Assembly: GCA_963793305.1 (NCBI GenBank)
Contig: CAWBZV010000005.1
Span: 1,248,001 to 1,312,000 of the forward strand
Reading direction: 5' to 3'
Length of the DNA: 64,000 nt
From: an uncultured Gemmatimonadales bacterium
Lineage (GTDB): Bacteria; Gemmatimonadota; Gemmatimonadetes; Gemmatimonadales; Gemmatimonadaceae
How positions within the stretch are numbered: position 1 is the stretch's first letter; each line of letters opens with the position of its first letter. This document shows positions 28,601-37,296 of this stretch, one piece after another. The notes below the pieces were generated by a model, which was given only the letters and a program-made list of their open reading frames with translations, was not told the DNA's origin and searched no databases. A program made the translations under genes and the position numbers.

Positions 28601-29419
28601 CCGTGGGCGACGTCGCTCAACTGGCAGCTCAACATTCGCCCGAACTGGTTGAATCTGGATCGCCGGCTCACGATCTCGCTGCTGGCGTTGAACACGCTCA
28701 CGGGCATCGATCTCCTGCTGCATGGCGAGAACCACCTGCAGGGCTGGGGGCAGCCCAAGCCGCCCGATCCGGTGCTGCTGACGGTGACGGGATTCAACCC
28801 GGGGACTCGAGAGTTCGACTACACGGTCAACACGCACTTCGGCCGCGCGACCGCGTTCCAGGCGTATGGGATTCCGTTCCAGTTCGTGATCGCGATGCGA
28901 TTCAACCTGGGCGTCACGGACTCGCAGCAGCAGATCCGGTCGATGTTCGGCGGCGGGTTCCGGCGGAACGGCGGCGGTCCGGGTGGCCCTGGCGGGCCGC
29001 CGCCAGCGGCGACTCCGTCGGATGCGCATGAGGGTTTCGCCGACGAGATGGCGGATCGGCTGATGCAGCGCATTCCGAATCCGTTTATGCAGACGTTGCG
29101 TCTCGCTGATTCGCTGACGCTCGTCCTCTCGCCCGATCAGGTATCGCGGCTCGACACGCTGGCCGACGCCTTCCAATCCCGCGCCGACTCACTCCGTGGC
29201 GTGGTAAAGAAAGAACTGGGCAACCTCGGCGCCAACATCGACCAGCAGACGATGGCGGGTGTCCTCCGCAAGCAGTTCACGGTACTGCGCGACCTAAACC
29301 ACAAGGCGCTCGAAGACCTGCAGCAGCTGTTGACCGCCGTGCAATGGGCGAAGCTGCCCGAGTGGCTGACGGGTGGAGGCGGGGGCCGCCGTCAACGCAA
29401 CGGCCCCCCCCGTCCGTGA
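25673..29419 (+). CDS. TonB-dependent receptor-like outer-membrane protein (Oar-like) with N-terminal carboxypeptidase-regulatory-like domain
   Basis: Signal peptide, plug motif YDVARGQFTGGQVATTTRGGSN, SPRVGF, GDVNGDG..NDRAF. Confidence 0.85.
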   Translation: MKALWLLCIVALVGPLRAQVGSTTDIIMGKVTSPDGQPVVGAIVSVTSLYGNIVRQKETTANGHYSVLFPDGGGQYRVEIRSVGFAPATVLVVRQADEDRLVADVQLRTNVPVLNTVTTRAQRNNRGDAANAGSTGLTLTPAQIEKLPIDGSDLATLAALAPGVVAITSTDTTDAAFSVAGQRPTLNNTTVDGISFGGTAVPTEATRRTRVITNSYDVARGQFTGGQVATTTRGGSNDFQGSFGSQVRSPDFAFGQQGPTAFGQLRNQLQFSGGLGGPIVPNRLFSYTAGQFSRRYDDLISLLNVDPATLAELGISPDTAQLFIKRVKSLGLPTTAPSVPGIRGTNTGIFFQRFDWLASDDETLMLRFDWRATSQDGARINALTLPTTGTAGSNAGGGVMLALTLHVSDIAINEFRAYVTHAQTSSDPYLPIPAGRVTIVPNEGDTSDVQSVNNFGVSSLSFGGTPGVATHTHNDFVESTDEVSLLSTGGGHRIKLGWLVHLARFGQNLTPNQQGTYGYQTFGQFLADSPATFTREFGVQSTEARTYAGAVYVGDAWRAGTLQLTYGARVEGNLESGAPALDPQIASLFDRRTNYWPGEVHASPRVGFQWLIGSLSGNRQQEGGGNARTFAAPLLTLRGGFGEFRAPVPQSLYPSLQSATGLAGAESQLICVGPQVPEPDWPGYADGTGAPPTTCVAGAFPPDTLGLGARSTVTTFAPDFEAPRAWRGSLGATRRLTSHISLAVDASYARGVALFGVTDLNLNTHPQFTIPNEDNRPVFVTPTSVDPVTGGAAFGSSRLHPAFGEVLSLNSNLGSETKQLTANVSGYTDRGVTYTLAYTYSNVRDQSSFSGGSAAGGFVSAPTAGNPNSLPWTTSDLQRTHSFVGTLIFPLSQLVELTLTAQLSSGAPYTPIVNGDVNGDGSGRNDRAFVFDPSNPATAPGVATAMRTLLSTGEASIRDCLKSQIGTIAGRNTCDGPWATSLNWQLNIRPNWLNLDRRLTISLLALNTLTGIDLLLHGENHLQGWGQPKPPDPVLLTVTGFNPGTREFDYTVNTHFGRATAFQAYGIPFQFVIAMRFNLGVTDSQQQIRSMFGGGFRRNGGGPGGPGGPPPAATPSDAHEGFADEMADRLMQRIPNPFMQTLRLADSLTLVLSPDQVSRLDTLADAFQSRADSLRGVVKKELGNLGANIDQQTMAGVLRKQFTVLRDLNHKALEDLQQLLTAVQWAKLPEWLTGGGGGRRQRNGPPRP

Positions 29420-29422
29420 GCC

Positions 29423-32245
29423 CTACCGCTTCCGTTTGACGACCGCCCGAAGCCTGCCGCGCGGTGCCAGCCGGACACCCGGCTTGACCACCTTCACGAC
29501 GCGGCTGCCGTAGATCGGCAAGTTCGTCGGCTGCGGGTTGAACGCCAGCGCGCTCGGCGCCCCGATGACTCCACCCGGCGAGTTGACCGATCCCACTGGT
29601 GCGACGCTGCCGCCGCTCGACAACTGCGCCGCGCTGTATTCGACAATGGTGCTCGCGGCCTCGTTCGCCACCCACAGGTTGCCGCCGAAGTCGAACGCCA
29701 GCGCGCGCGGCGTCTGCAACGAGCCCGAGTTGGCGCTGATCGTCGCGGCCGGCGCCGGGCTGCCGGTCGCCGTCAGTGACGCTGTCGAGAAGGACACGAC
29801 CGTGTTCGCCGCGGAGTTCGTTACCCACAGGTTGCCGTTCGGATCGAACGCCAGCGCGGTCGGCAACGAGAGTGAAGAAGCGGTGGCGCTCAGCACGATG
29901 CCCGGCGTCTCCGCCCCCGCCGTCGCCAGCTGGGCTGCGGTGAACCTGACGATGGTGTTGTTCCCCACGTTGGACACCCAGAGGTTGCCATTGGCGTCGA
30001 ACGCCATCCCCGTCGGCTGATTCAGCGCGGTGCTGGTCACCGTCGCGGTGACGGTTCCCGATTCATTGATGCCGACGAGGGTATTATTTCCGGCGTTGGC
30101 CGCCCACAGGAGGCCGTTCTTGTCGAAGGCCAGGCCCTCTGGATCGTTGAGGCCCGTCACGTCCAACATCACATAGGCCGGCGACGCCCCGCTGAACTCG
30201 GCCGAGTCGCGCCATTTGATGAGCTGATTGGTGGTACCCATCGAGGTCCACAGCCTGTCGTCCTTATCCAACGCCATGCCTGTCGGAGACACAGGAGTGT
30301 ACTGCGCAATGATGTTCGACGCCGAAACGGAGCCGCCTTGCCGCAACTGCGGTCCGGAGAATCCGGCCATGATCATCGTGCTGGAGTCCGCGACCCACAG
30401 CTCGCCCGATCCCGAGCGCCACGCGTAGGTCACACCAATGGTGTCCACGTCTCCGACAGCCACAATCGTGTGCGTGGTGTCGATCTGCAGGTCGGTGCTG
30501 TGTTGGTTGATCGAGTCCGCATAGAAGATCTGCGGCACGGTCACGTCGGCGGTCGCGTACGTGTCCGCCTGGAACCGGTAGATCCCGGGCTTGAGCGGAT
30601 TGATGAGCCCCGGCTGCGTGACCGCGGTCGTCGTCGAATCCGCCGCCGTGTCCGGTCCCACGAACGTGATGTTGGCCGTGTTGGTCGGCACCAGATTGCT
30701 TTCCCCGGTGATGTTCACCAACATGGCGCCGGTCAACGTGCACGAGGGCACGACGTACAGGGTGACCTGGTGCGCGTTGGTGAGCCCCGTGTAGTTCTGC
30801 GCGCTGATGGCCGAGCAATCGACCGGCGTGCCCGCGAACGTCACCTGTCCGGTGCCGGGTCCGACCGGAATGTTTCCGATCACGAACGCTCCGGTCGAAT
30901 CCGATGCTTGCGCGGATACTGCCACGCCGCCGGTCGGCGTTGCCGTCGCCACGACGCCTTCGATTGGCTCACCCCAGGACGTGACGATCGTACCGCGGAT
31001 GACACCGTACGGCGTGGTGCAGGTGACCGTGACGTTCACGGTGACGCTCGTGCCGTTCGTGAGACCCGTGTAATTCGAGGGGCTGGTCGGGGGCGTGCAG
31101 TTCGGCGTCAGGTGATTGATCGCGACCGTACCCGTGCCGCCGCCGGTGCCACTACCGACCGGCACGGCATTGACCGAGAATCCGCCCGAGCTGTTGGTCG
31201 TTACCGCGGCCAGAGCAACACCGCCGTTCGGTGTCACGGTCACGCCGACCCCCGCGAGACCACCACCCAGGCTGCTCGTAATCGTACCGGTGATGACGCC
31301 CGAGGGCGGGCTGCACGTGATCGTGATGTTGGTGATGGTCAGCAACTTGCCGCTCGTGAGTCCCGAGTACGGAGTGGCTGTTGCCGGCGTGGGGCAGTTC
31401 GACGGGAGGTTCGTAAAGGTGATCGAGCCGGTGCCGTCGGAGACCGGGACGCCGGTGACCGCGAACATGCCAGTGGCGTTCGTTGACACGGCCGGCAGAG
31501 CGGCCGCGCCGTGCGGCGTCACGATCACGCCGACTCCGGCGCCGATCGACACGTTGCCCTGGCTGGTCAGGATGGTGCCGGTGATGGCGCCGGCCGTTGC
31601 CGAGCATTGGAGCGTGATCGGCACCGTGATCGTGCCACCCGAGGCTTTGCCCGAGTACGTCACGGCGCTGGGTTGCACGCAGGCGCTTGGAACGTTCGAG
31701 AGCGCGATCGAGCCACCACCCGAACCGACGTTGGGGAACGTCGCCGAGCCGCCGCTGTTGGTCGTGGCGCCGTTCAGCGCACTGTCACCCGACGGCGTCA
31801 CGACTACGTTGACGTTGGCGACCGCGCCGCCGAGACTGCTGGTGACGACAACCGCGAGGCTGTCGACCGGGGCCACGCAGATGGCGGTGATGTTGAGGGT
31901 GTCCCGCTCGCCGCTCGTCAGGCCCGAGTAGCTCTTGGGGCCGGGCGCTTGACAGTTCTGCGGCACGCCCGAGACGTTGATGCTGCCAGTGCCGGCGGTG
32001 CCGATCGGCACGTTGGGCACGCTGAATGCGCCGCCGGAATTGGTCATCACCGCCGTCATCGCAGTGCCACCGGTCGGAGTCACGACAACCGAGACGGAGG
32101 CGAGGCCGCCCCCCAGGGAGCTCGCTATAGTCCCGGTGACCGTTCCGTACGCGTTCGCCGGAACAATCGGGGTACCGGAGCAAGACAGGAACAAGGACCC
32201 GCCGGCAAATGCGGCGACTATCAGGAGGGGAACGCGGACGCGCAT
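29423..32245 (-). CDS. Large surface lipoprotein with five beta-sandwich repeats and a C-terminal NHL-type propeller
   Basis: Lipobox FLSC; repeats GTIxSSLGGG..VTPxG..TNSxG; PxxLAFDxxGNLWVxN repeats. Confidence 0.82.
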   Translation of the reverse strand: MRVRVPLLIVAAFAGGSLFLSCSGTPIVPANAYGTVTGTIASSLGGGLASVSVVVTPTGGTAMTAVMTNSGGAFSVPNVPIGTAGTGSINVSGVPQNCQAPGPKSYSGLTSGERDTLNITAICVAPVDSLAVVVTSSLGGAVANVNVVVTPSGDSALNGATTNSGGSATFPNVGSGGGSIALSNVPSACVQPSAVTYSGKASGGTITVPITLQCSATAGAITGTILTSQGNVSIGAGVGVIVTPHGAAALPAVSTNATGMFAVTGVPVSDGTGSITFTNLPSNCPTPATATPYSGLTSGKLLTITNITITCSPPSGVITGTITSSLGGGLAGVGVTVTPNGGVALAAVTTNSSGGFSVNAVPVGSGTGGGTGTVAINHLTPNCTPPTSPSNYTGLTNGTSVTVNVTVTCTTPYGVIRGTIVTSWGEPIEGVVATATPTGGVAVSAQASDSTGAFVIGNIPVGPGTGQVTFAGTPVDCSAISAQNYTGLTNAHQVTLYVVPSCTLTGAMLVNITGESNLVPTNTANITFVGPDTAADSTTTAVTQPGLINPLKPGIYRFQADTYATADVTVPQIFYADSINQHSTDLQIDTTHTIVAVGDVDTIGVTYAWRSGSGELWVADSSTMIMAGFSGPQLRQGGSVSASNIIAQYTPVSPTGMALDKDDRLWTSMGTTNQLIKWRDSAEFSGASPAYVMLDVTGLNDPEGLAFDKNGLLWAANAGNNTLVGINESGTVTATVTSTALNQPTGMAFDANGNLWVSNVGNNTIVRFTAAQLATAGAETPGIVLSATASSLSLPTALAFDPNGNLWVTNSAANTVVSFSTASLTATGSPAPAATISANSGSLQTPRALAFDFGGNLWVANEAASTIVEYSAAQLSSGGSVAPVGSVNSPGGVIGAPSALAFNPQPTNLPIYGSRVVKVVKPGVRLAPRGRLRAVVKRKR

Positions 32246-32451
32246 GGGCGGCACCAGGGTGTCGTCGGATGTGATGGTTTGAACGCAACCAATCGACGAA
32301 CACGTGGGATGGACCGTCACCGATGCACGATAAATGCGATCGCCGATGCTCGCCGGTAGTCGTTCACCCCGGCTCCCGTAGCGTTCGCCCAGGGGTGAGT
32401 GCCGGTCGGATGCGATAAGCTCTAGCTTCGGCCCAACTGCACGGAGAGGCT

Positions 32452-33816
32452 ATGGAACCCGCTCTGATGTTATCCCCGAGGACGCTCGGCGAAGCGGTGC
32501 CGAGCCATGAGCTCAACCCGCTGCTCCGTCCCATCACCGACGGCCTCGTCGATCTGGCCGGGGTATCGGCGGCCGCCGTGTGGCTCCGCACCGCCGCGCG
32601 CGATCCGCGGTTGCACGTTGGCGCGACCGCCGGTGCCTTCGAGGCACACGACTGGGCGTTCGTGCACAAAGCGCTCGACACCCGCCAACCCTACCTGCTC
32701 GGCGGCGTGACCGCGGTGTTCCCGCTCGTCGCGCGCGACGAAGTGGTGGGCGTGCTCGCGGTGCTCTATCGCCGGCCGATCGACACCCAGGAATTCGGGT
32801 ACTTGGGCCTCATCGCCAATCATACCGCGGGCACGATCGAGGGCGCCCGGCGCGCCACACGCCCGATCTTGCGCGTCGAAAAAAGCGATGAAATCATCGG
32901 CGCCAGTGCCGCGATCCGGTCGGTGCTGGACATGATCCATCAGGTCGCGGCCAGCGATACGACCGTCCTGCTCATCGGCGAGACGGGCACCGGCAAGGAG
33001 CTGATCGCGCGAGCGCTGCACGCCCAGAGCGCCAGGGCGCTCAAGCCGATGGTGACGCTCAACTGCGGCGCGATCGCTCCGGGGCTAGTCGAGAGCGAGC
33101 TGTTTGGCCACGAACGCGGCGCGTTCACGGGCGCGGTGCAACGACGCGTCGGACGGTTCGAGGCGGCCGACCGTTCGACACTGTTCCTCGATGAGGTCAG
33201 CGAGTTGCCGCTCGAAGGTCAGGTGAAGCTCCTGCGCGCGCTGCAAGAGCAGGAGGTCGAACGCGTCGGCGCGTCACGCCCGATTCGCGTCGACGTTCGA
33301 CTCGTCGCGGCCACGAATCGCGATCTCGAGCGCGATGTCGCGGAGGGCCGCGTGCGCCCCGATCTCTACTATCGCTTGAACGTGTTGCCGATTCGCATCC
33401 CGCCGCTCCGCGAGCGTCGCGAGGACATCCCGCGATTGACCCACCATTTCATCGCGCATTTCGAGCGAAAACTCGGCAAGCATTTCACCGGCATCGATGC
33501 CGACAGCCTCCGGCGGCTCCGGGCGCATTCCTGGCCGGGCAACGTCCGCGAGCTCCGCAATGTCATCGAACGCGCCTGCGTCCTGGCGCGGGGTCCGGTG
33601 ATCAGCATCGAGCGCCCGCTGGCCGCTATCACCCCGTTGGACGATGACGCCGAGCGATTTACGTCGCTCGCCGATCACGAGCGCTCCTATTTGCGCCGGG
33701 TGCTCGTCCACACGAAGGGCCGGATCTCCGGCCCCAGTGGTGCGGCTGCCATACTCGACGTGCACCCGAATACGTTGCGGTCGCGGCTCGACCGCCTCGG
33801 GGTCACTGCACGATGA
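32452..33816 (+). CDS. Sigma54-dependent activator (GAF + AAA+ + Fis HTH)
   Basis: [29 protein letters not shown]. Confidence 0.93.
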   Translation: MEPALMLSPRTLGEAVPSHELNPLLRPITDGLVDLAGVSAAAVWLRTAARDPRLHVGATAGAFEAHDWAFVHKALDTRQPYLLGGVTAVFPLVARDEVVGVLAVLYRRPIDTQEFGYLGLIANHTAGTIEGARRATRPILRVEKSDEIIGASAAIRSVLDMIHQVAASDTTVLLIGETGTGKELIARALHAQSARALKPMVTLNCGAIAPGLVESELFGHERGAFTGAVQRRVGRFEAADRSTLFLDEVSELPLEGQVKLLRALQEQEVERVGASRPIRVDVRLVAATNRDLERDVAEGRVRPDLYYRLNVLPIRIPPLRERREDIPRLTHHFIAHFERKLGKHFTGIDADSLRRLRAHSWPGNVRELRNVIERACVLARGPVISIERPLAAITPLDDDAERFTSLADHERSYLRRVLVHTKGRISGPSGAAAILDVHPNTLRSRLDRLGVTAR

Positions 33817-34898
33817 TCTGACCGTGCATGCCGAGGGCGAGGTGGGGCATGCAATAGAACTTGTACGTGCCAGGCGCGACGCCCGTGAACGACACGGTCG
33901 TCGCGTCGTTGGCATTGATGAGCAACGGGCCGGTCAGCGGTCCTGATGTCCCCTGCATCCCTGCCTGCAGCTGCCGCTGCGCCCCGGCGGGAATGCTGTC
34001 GGGCCAGAAGGTCACGTTGTGTGGCCCGCCGATCTTGTTGACGAATCGCACCGCCTGCCCGACGTGAATAGTCACGCTACTCGGCTCAAATCGATAGCCT
34101 TTCGCGTCGCCGACCATTTCGATGGTGACGGCATCGCTTGGAGCGGTCGCCGAAGGCGCCGCACTCATCACAATGGAGTCCATGCTGACCGGGTGCCGCC
34201 GAAGATTCTGAACGAAGTGCACGATGTCCCAAGCCTGGTCCGGAGACAGCGATCCAGCGAACCCGGGCATTGGTGTCCCGTTGAGCCCCGTCATGATGCG
34301 AAGGTAGATGTCTTGACCTTCGACCCCAGTCTTTATATGACGGCGCGTGAGATCGGCCGGCTGGTCCGGATTACCCCAGGCATCGACCAGACTCCTGGCC
34401 AGCGGCCCATTGCCCGACCCATCGCCGTGGCACGACGAACACGCATTGGCGAACAGGGTGCGACCTGCCGCGACTGATTCTCGCGTTGAGGCTGGCTCCG
34501 GCGATACAGCGATCGGCTGACCCGGCTGCTCGGCGCGCCAACGCGGCGAGAATGTCTGGATATACGCGATGACGTTCGAGCCGCGCGCGCGGGTTGAGCG
34601 CGTAGAATGGCGGCATGACCGTCCCGTACAGCCCGTTGCTGATCGTCCGATCGAGATCCGCGACCGTGGGCAGAGAGCCAAACGGTGTCGACCGGAACTT
34701 GAACAGCCCTTGCCTGAAGTCGCGCGGGCGCGGGTTGGCGAACGGTGCGACCTCGCCGGCTCCGTTCCCACGAACGCCATGACACTGCGTGCAGAACCGG
34801 TTGTAGACAGCCTTGCCGCGTCCTGGATCGCCAGCGTGCTCATCGCGCGGCGGCGCGAACGCCATAAGGGCAAAGCCCACGGTGGCGGCGAACAACAC
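33803..34898 (-). CDS. Diheme cytochrome c fused to a plastocyanin-like cupredoxin (one extra base at 34575-34576)
   Basis: CTQCH and CSSCH heme motifs, each followed by GTxMP; PHNV and YCMPHLALGM type-1 Cu ligands; 365 codons when corrected. Confidence 0.85.
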
Positions 34899-34899
34899 G

Positions 34900-36150
34900 T
34901 CAGAACGCAAGGAGCAGCCCCGCCCATATGAAGTGCTGCGTGAGATTCGTCCCATCTGATGCCTGGAGGCGGTCCCGCTCCAACGCGTAATACACTTGCC
35001 ATCCCCACTCGAACCGCGACGTGAACTCGACCGTGTGTTGGATCCCGAACAAATAGATGTCCTGATCCCCGAAGCTTCCCGTGTGTCCCGGCACGCCCTG
35101 CGTGACGTTTCGAATCAGGTTGTACCGCGCGAACAGCTCGAAGGGCAGGGCCGGGACGTAGTCGATCTGCACCTCGCCACCGTCGTATAGCGCGTCGTGC
35201 GTCGCGCCGGGAATCAACGCCTTGTCATCCCGTCCTTGAAAGGCAATCGCCTCCAGATGCAGCGGCAAGGCGTCCGACGCGAGCCACGTATCGAACGTTC
35301 CGCCGTACCGCCGCTGAGGCTTGAGGGCCGCGCTGTCGGGTCCGACGGCGACGGTCGCGTACGTGCCGAAGGCACCCAGCTCGACGTTGCGCACGAATCC
35401 GGCCGGTATCTGAAAGAGATGACTGACGTGACCGTACACGCTCGGCGTATTGAACAGCTGGTGGCTTCCGGAGCCAATGCCGTTGTTGTCGTAGAACATC
35501 ACCGAATAGCGGTTGGTGCTTCCCCGGTCATGCCCGGACAGCTCGAGACCAGATGGGTTCGCCAGCAGATCCAGCCCACGGCTCCCGGGGACCGTGTAGC
35601 TCAACGACCTGAGGTTGCCAGGCAGCACCGTCGTGAAGTCTCGCTCGCCAGCGGTCGCGATCGGCAGGTCGAAGTCGAGCTGGCCCAGCCGGAGATTCAA
35701 GGCGTCGGTATCGAAGAGCCGGTTATACCGCAGCCAGGCGGCCTCGAAGAACACACCCCCGCCGCCGAACCCGATCACCGGGCGGATGCTGAACGAGATG
35801 TGCTGGCTGAGGGACGCCATCGCGCCGAGGATCACGAAGCCCGGCGCGACTTCGCCGACATTCGTCACGGTCTGCTTCTCGGACTTGCTGTACTGGTACT
35901 GGTAGTTCTCCTCGACCCAGGCGAAGATCGGCCAGTACGATGGATCAGTCGTGATCGCATCGTCCTTGCCGTTGTTGAAGCGATAGCCATTGTCGCGGAA
36001 CGCACGCCCGACAACGTTCAACAACGGCCACGCTTCGTGGCACGCCGTGCACTTCAATCCGTACTTGCGCGCGAACGCCGGTATCCCATACGCGGGGCGC
36101 GCCATTCCAAAAAGAATCAGGGCCAATAGCAGGCGTTGCAGTCTAGTCAT
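34900..36150 (-). CDS. Cyc2-like monoheme cytochrome c-porin fusion
   Basis: Signal peptide, IPAFARKYGLKCTACHEAWPLLN..GRAFRDNGY, amphipathic beta strands, terminal Phe. Confidence 0.75.
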   Translation of the reverse strand: MTRLQRLLLALILFGMARPAYGIPAFARKYGLKCTACHEAWPLLNVVGRAFRDNGYRFNNGKDDAITTDPSYWPIFAWVEENYQYQYSKSEKQTVTNVGEVAPGFVILGAMASLSQHISFSIRPVIGFGGGGVFFEAAWLRYNRLFDTDALNLRLGQLDFDLPIATAGERDFTTVLPGNLRSLSYTVPGSRGLDLLANPSGLELSGHDRGSTNRYSVMFYDNNGIGSGSHQLFNTPSVYGHVSHLFQIPAGFVRNVELGAFGTYATVAVGPDSAALKPQRRYGGTFDTWLASDALPLHLEAIAFQGRDDKALIPGATHDALYDGGEVQIDYVPALPFELFARYNLIRNVTQGVPGHTGSFGDQDIYLFGIQHTVEFTSRFEWGWQVYYALERDRLQASDGTNLTQHFIWAGLLLAF

Positions 36151-36278
36151 TGGCGCTGCCTAAAGCAGACCCCGGGCCAGGTCCGTCCGGGACAACACAC
36201 CCGCTCCTAACCACTTGCGCCGGCTCAGCCTAGCAACGGTCGCGACGCGAAGCGGCGCGCTGTGCCCCGGTTTCTTTT

Positions 36279-36294
36279 TCACGACTAATCGTGA
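36279..36294. promoter_or_regulatory. Palindrome between the divergent cytochrome-porin and catalase genes
   Basis: TCACGA-CTAA-TCGTGA next to a T-tract. Confidence 0.4.
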
Positions 36295-36324
36295 TTTCAC
36301 GACGGTTGGGTGATATTCCACGAC

Positions 36325-37296
36325 ATGACACCCCGCGCCCTCGTTGCCGCCGCGCTGATCGCGACCCCCGCACTCGCGCAAGCGCCGGCCAAAAGCCTGC
36401 CGCAGCACATCGCCGATGACTTCATTACCCTAGCCGGCGGCCTGCATCCGGGATACCGGCTCAACCACGCCAAGGGGATTGTCCTCACCGGCACCTTCGC
36501 CGCATCACCAGGCGCCACGGCCGTGAGTCGCGCCCCGCATCTCTCGGCCCCGAGCACGCCGGTGATCGTGCGATTCTCGGACCCGACCGGCGTGCCGACG
36601 ATCCCGGACAAGGATCCGAACGCCTGGCCAAAGGGCATCGCGCTGCGCTTCACGTTCCCCAATGGTGCGTACACGGACATCGTCTCGGTGGCGCATAACG
36701 GATTCGTGGTCGGCACCGGCGAGGATTTCGCGGCGTTCCTCGATGCGGCCATTGCGACGAAGCCGAGCAGCCCGCACCCGAATCCGATCGAGAAATTTCT
36801 GGGTACGCACCCGAACGCGAAGAAGTTCGTGACCGATCCGCACCCATTGCCCGTGAGCTACGAGACGGAGACCTATTACGGCGAAAACGCCTTCATCTTC
36901 GTGAACGCCAAAGGGGAGAAGCAGGCCGGGCGCACGCGTATCGTGCCCATGGACGGCGACCGGTGGCTCGATGATGCGGCCGCGGCCAAGACGTCGCCGA
37001 ATTATCTCGTCGACGAGATGCCGAAGCGGTTGCCGTTCAAGATGAAAGTGATGGTGCAGCTGGCGAACCCGGGTGATCCGACCAAGGATGGGTCGGTCGT
37101 CTGGCCCGAAGACCGCAAGCTCGTCGAGCTGGGCGTCATCACCGTCACGACCGTCGCCCCGAATAACGCGGAGCTCCAGAAGAGTTTGGCGTTCAACCCG
37201 ATTTACCTGTGCGACGGAATCACGCTCTCCGACGATCCGCTGCCCGTCATTCGCTCGGCCGTCTACGCCCTCTCCGTCGCCCATCGTCGCCCATGA
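36325..37296 (+). CDS. Catalase-related heme peroxidase (SrpA-like), exported
   Basis: RLNHAKG, VRFS, RSAVY (proximal Tyr); signal peptide. Confidence 0.88.
   Translation: MTPRALVAAALIATPALAQAPAKSLPQHIADDFITLAGGLHPGYRLNHAKGIVLTGTFAASPGATAVSRAPHLSAPSTPVIVRFSDPTGVPTIPDKDPNAWPKGIALRFTFPNGAYTDIVSVAHNGFVVGTGEDFAAFLDAAIATKPSSPHPNPIEKFLGTHPNAKKFVTDPHPLPVSYETETYYGENAFIFVNAKGEKQAGRTRIVPMDGDRWLDDAAAAKTSPNYLVDEMPKRLPFKMKVMVQLANPGDPTKDGSVVWPEDRKLVELGVITVTTVAPNNAELQKSLAFNPIYLCDGITLSDDPLPVIRSAVYALSVAHRRP

Noticed and set aside
36220..36270. Sigma54 -24/-12 promoter for the cytochrome-porin operon
   Set aside because: The best match (minus-strand CGTCGCGACCGTTGCT) lacks the invariant GG at -24.
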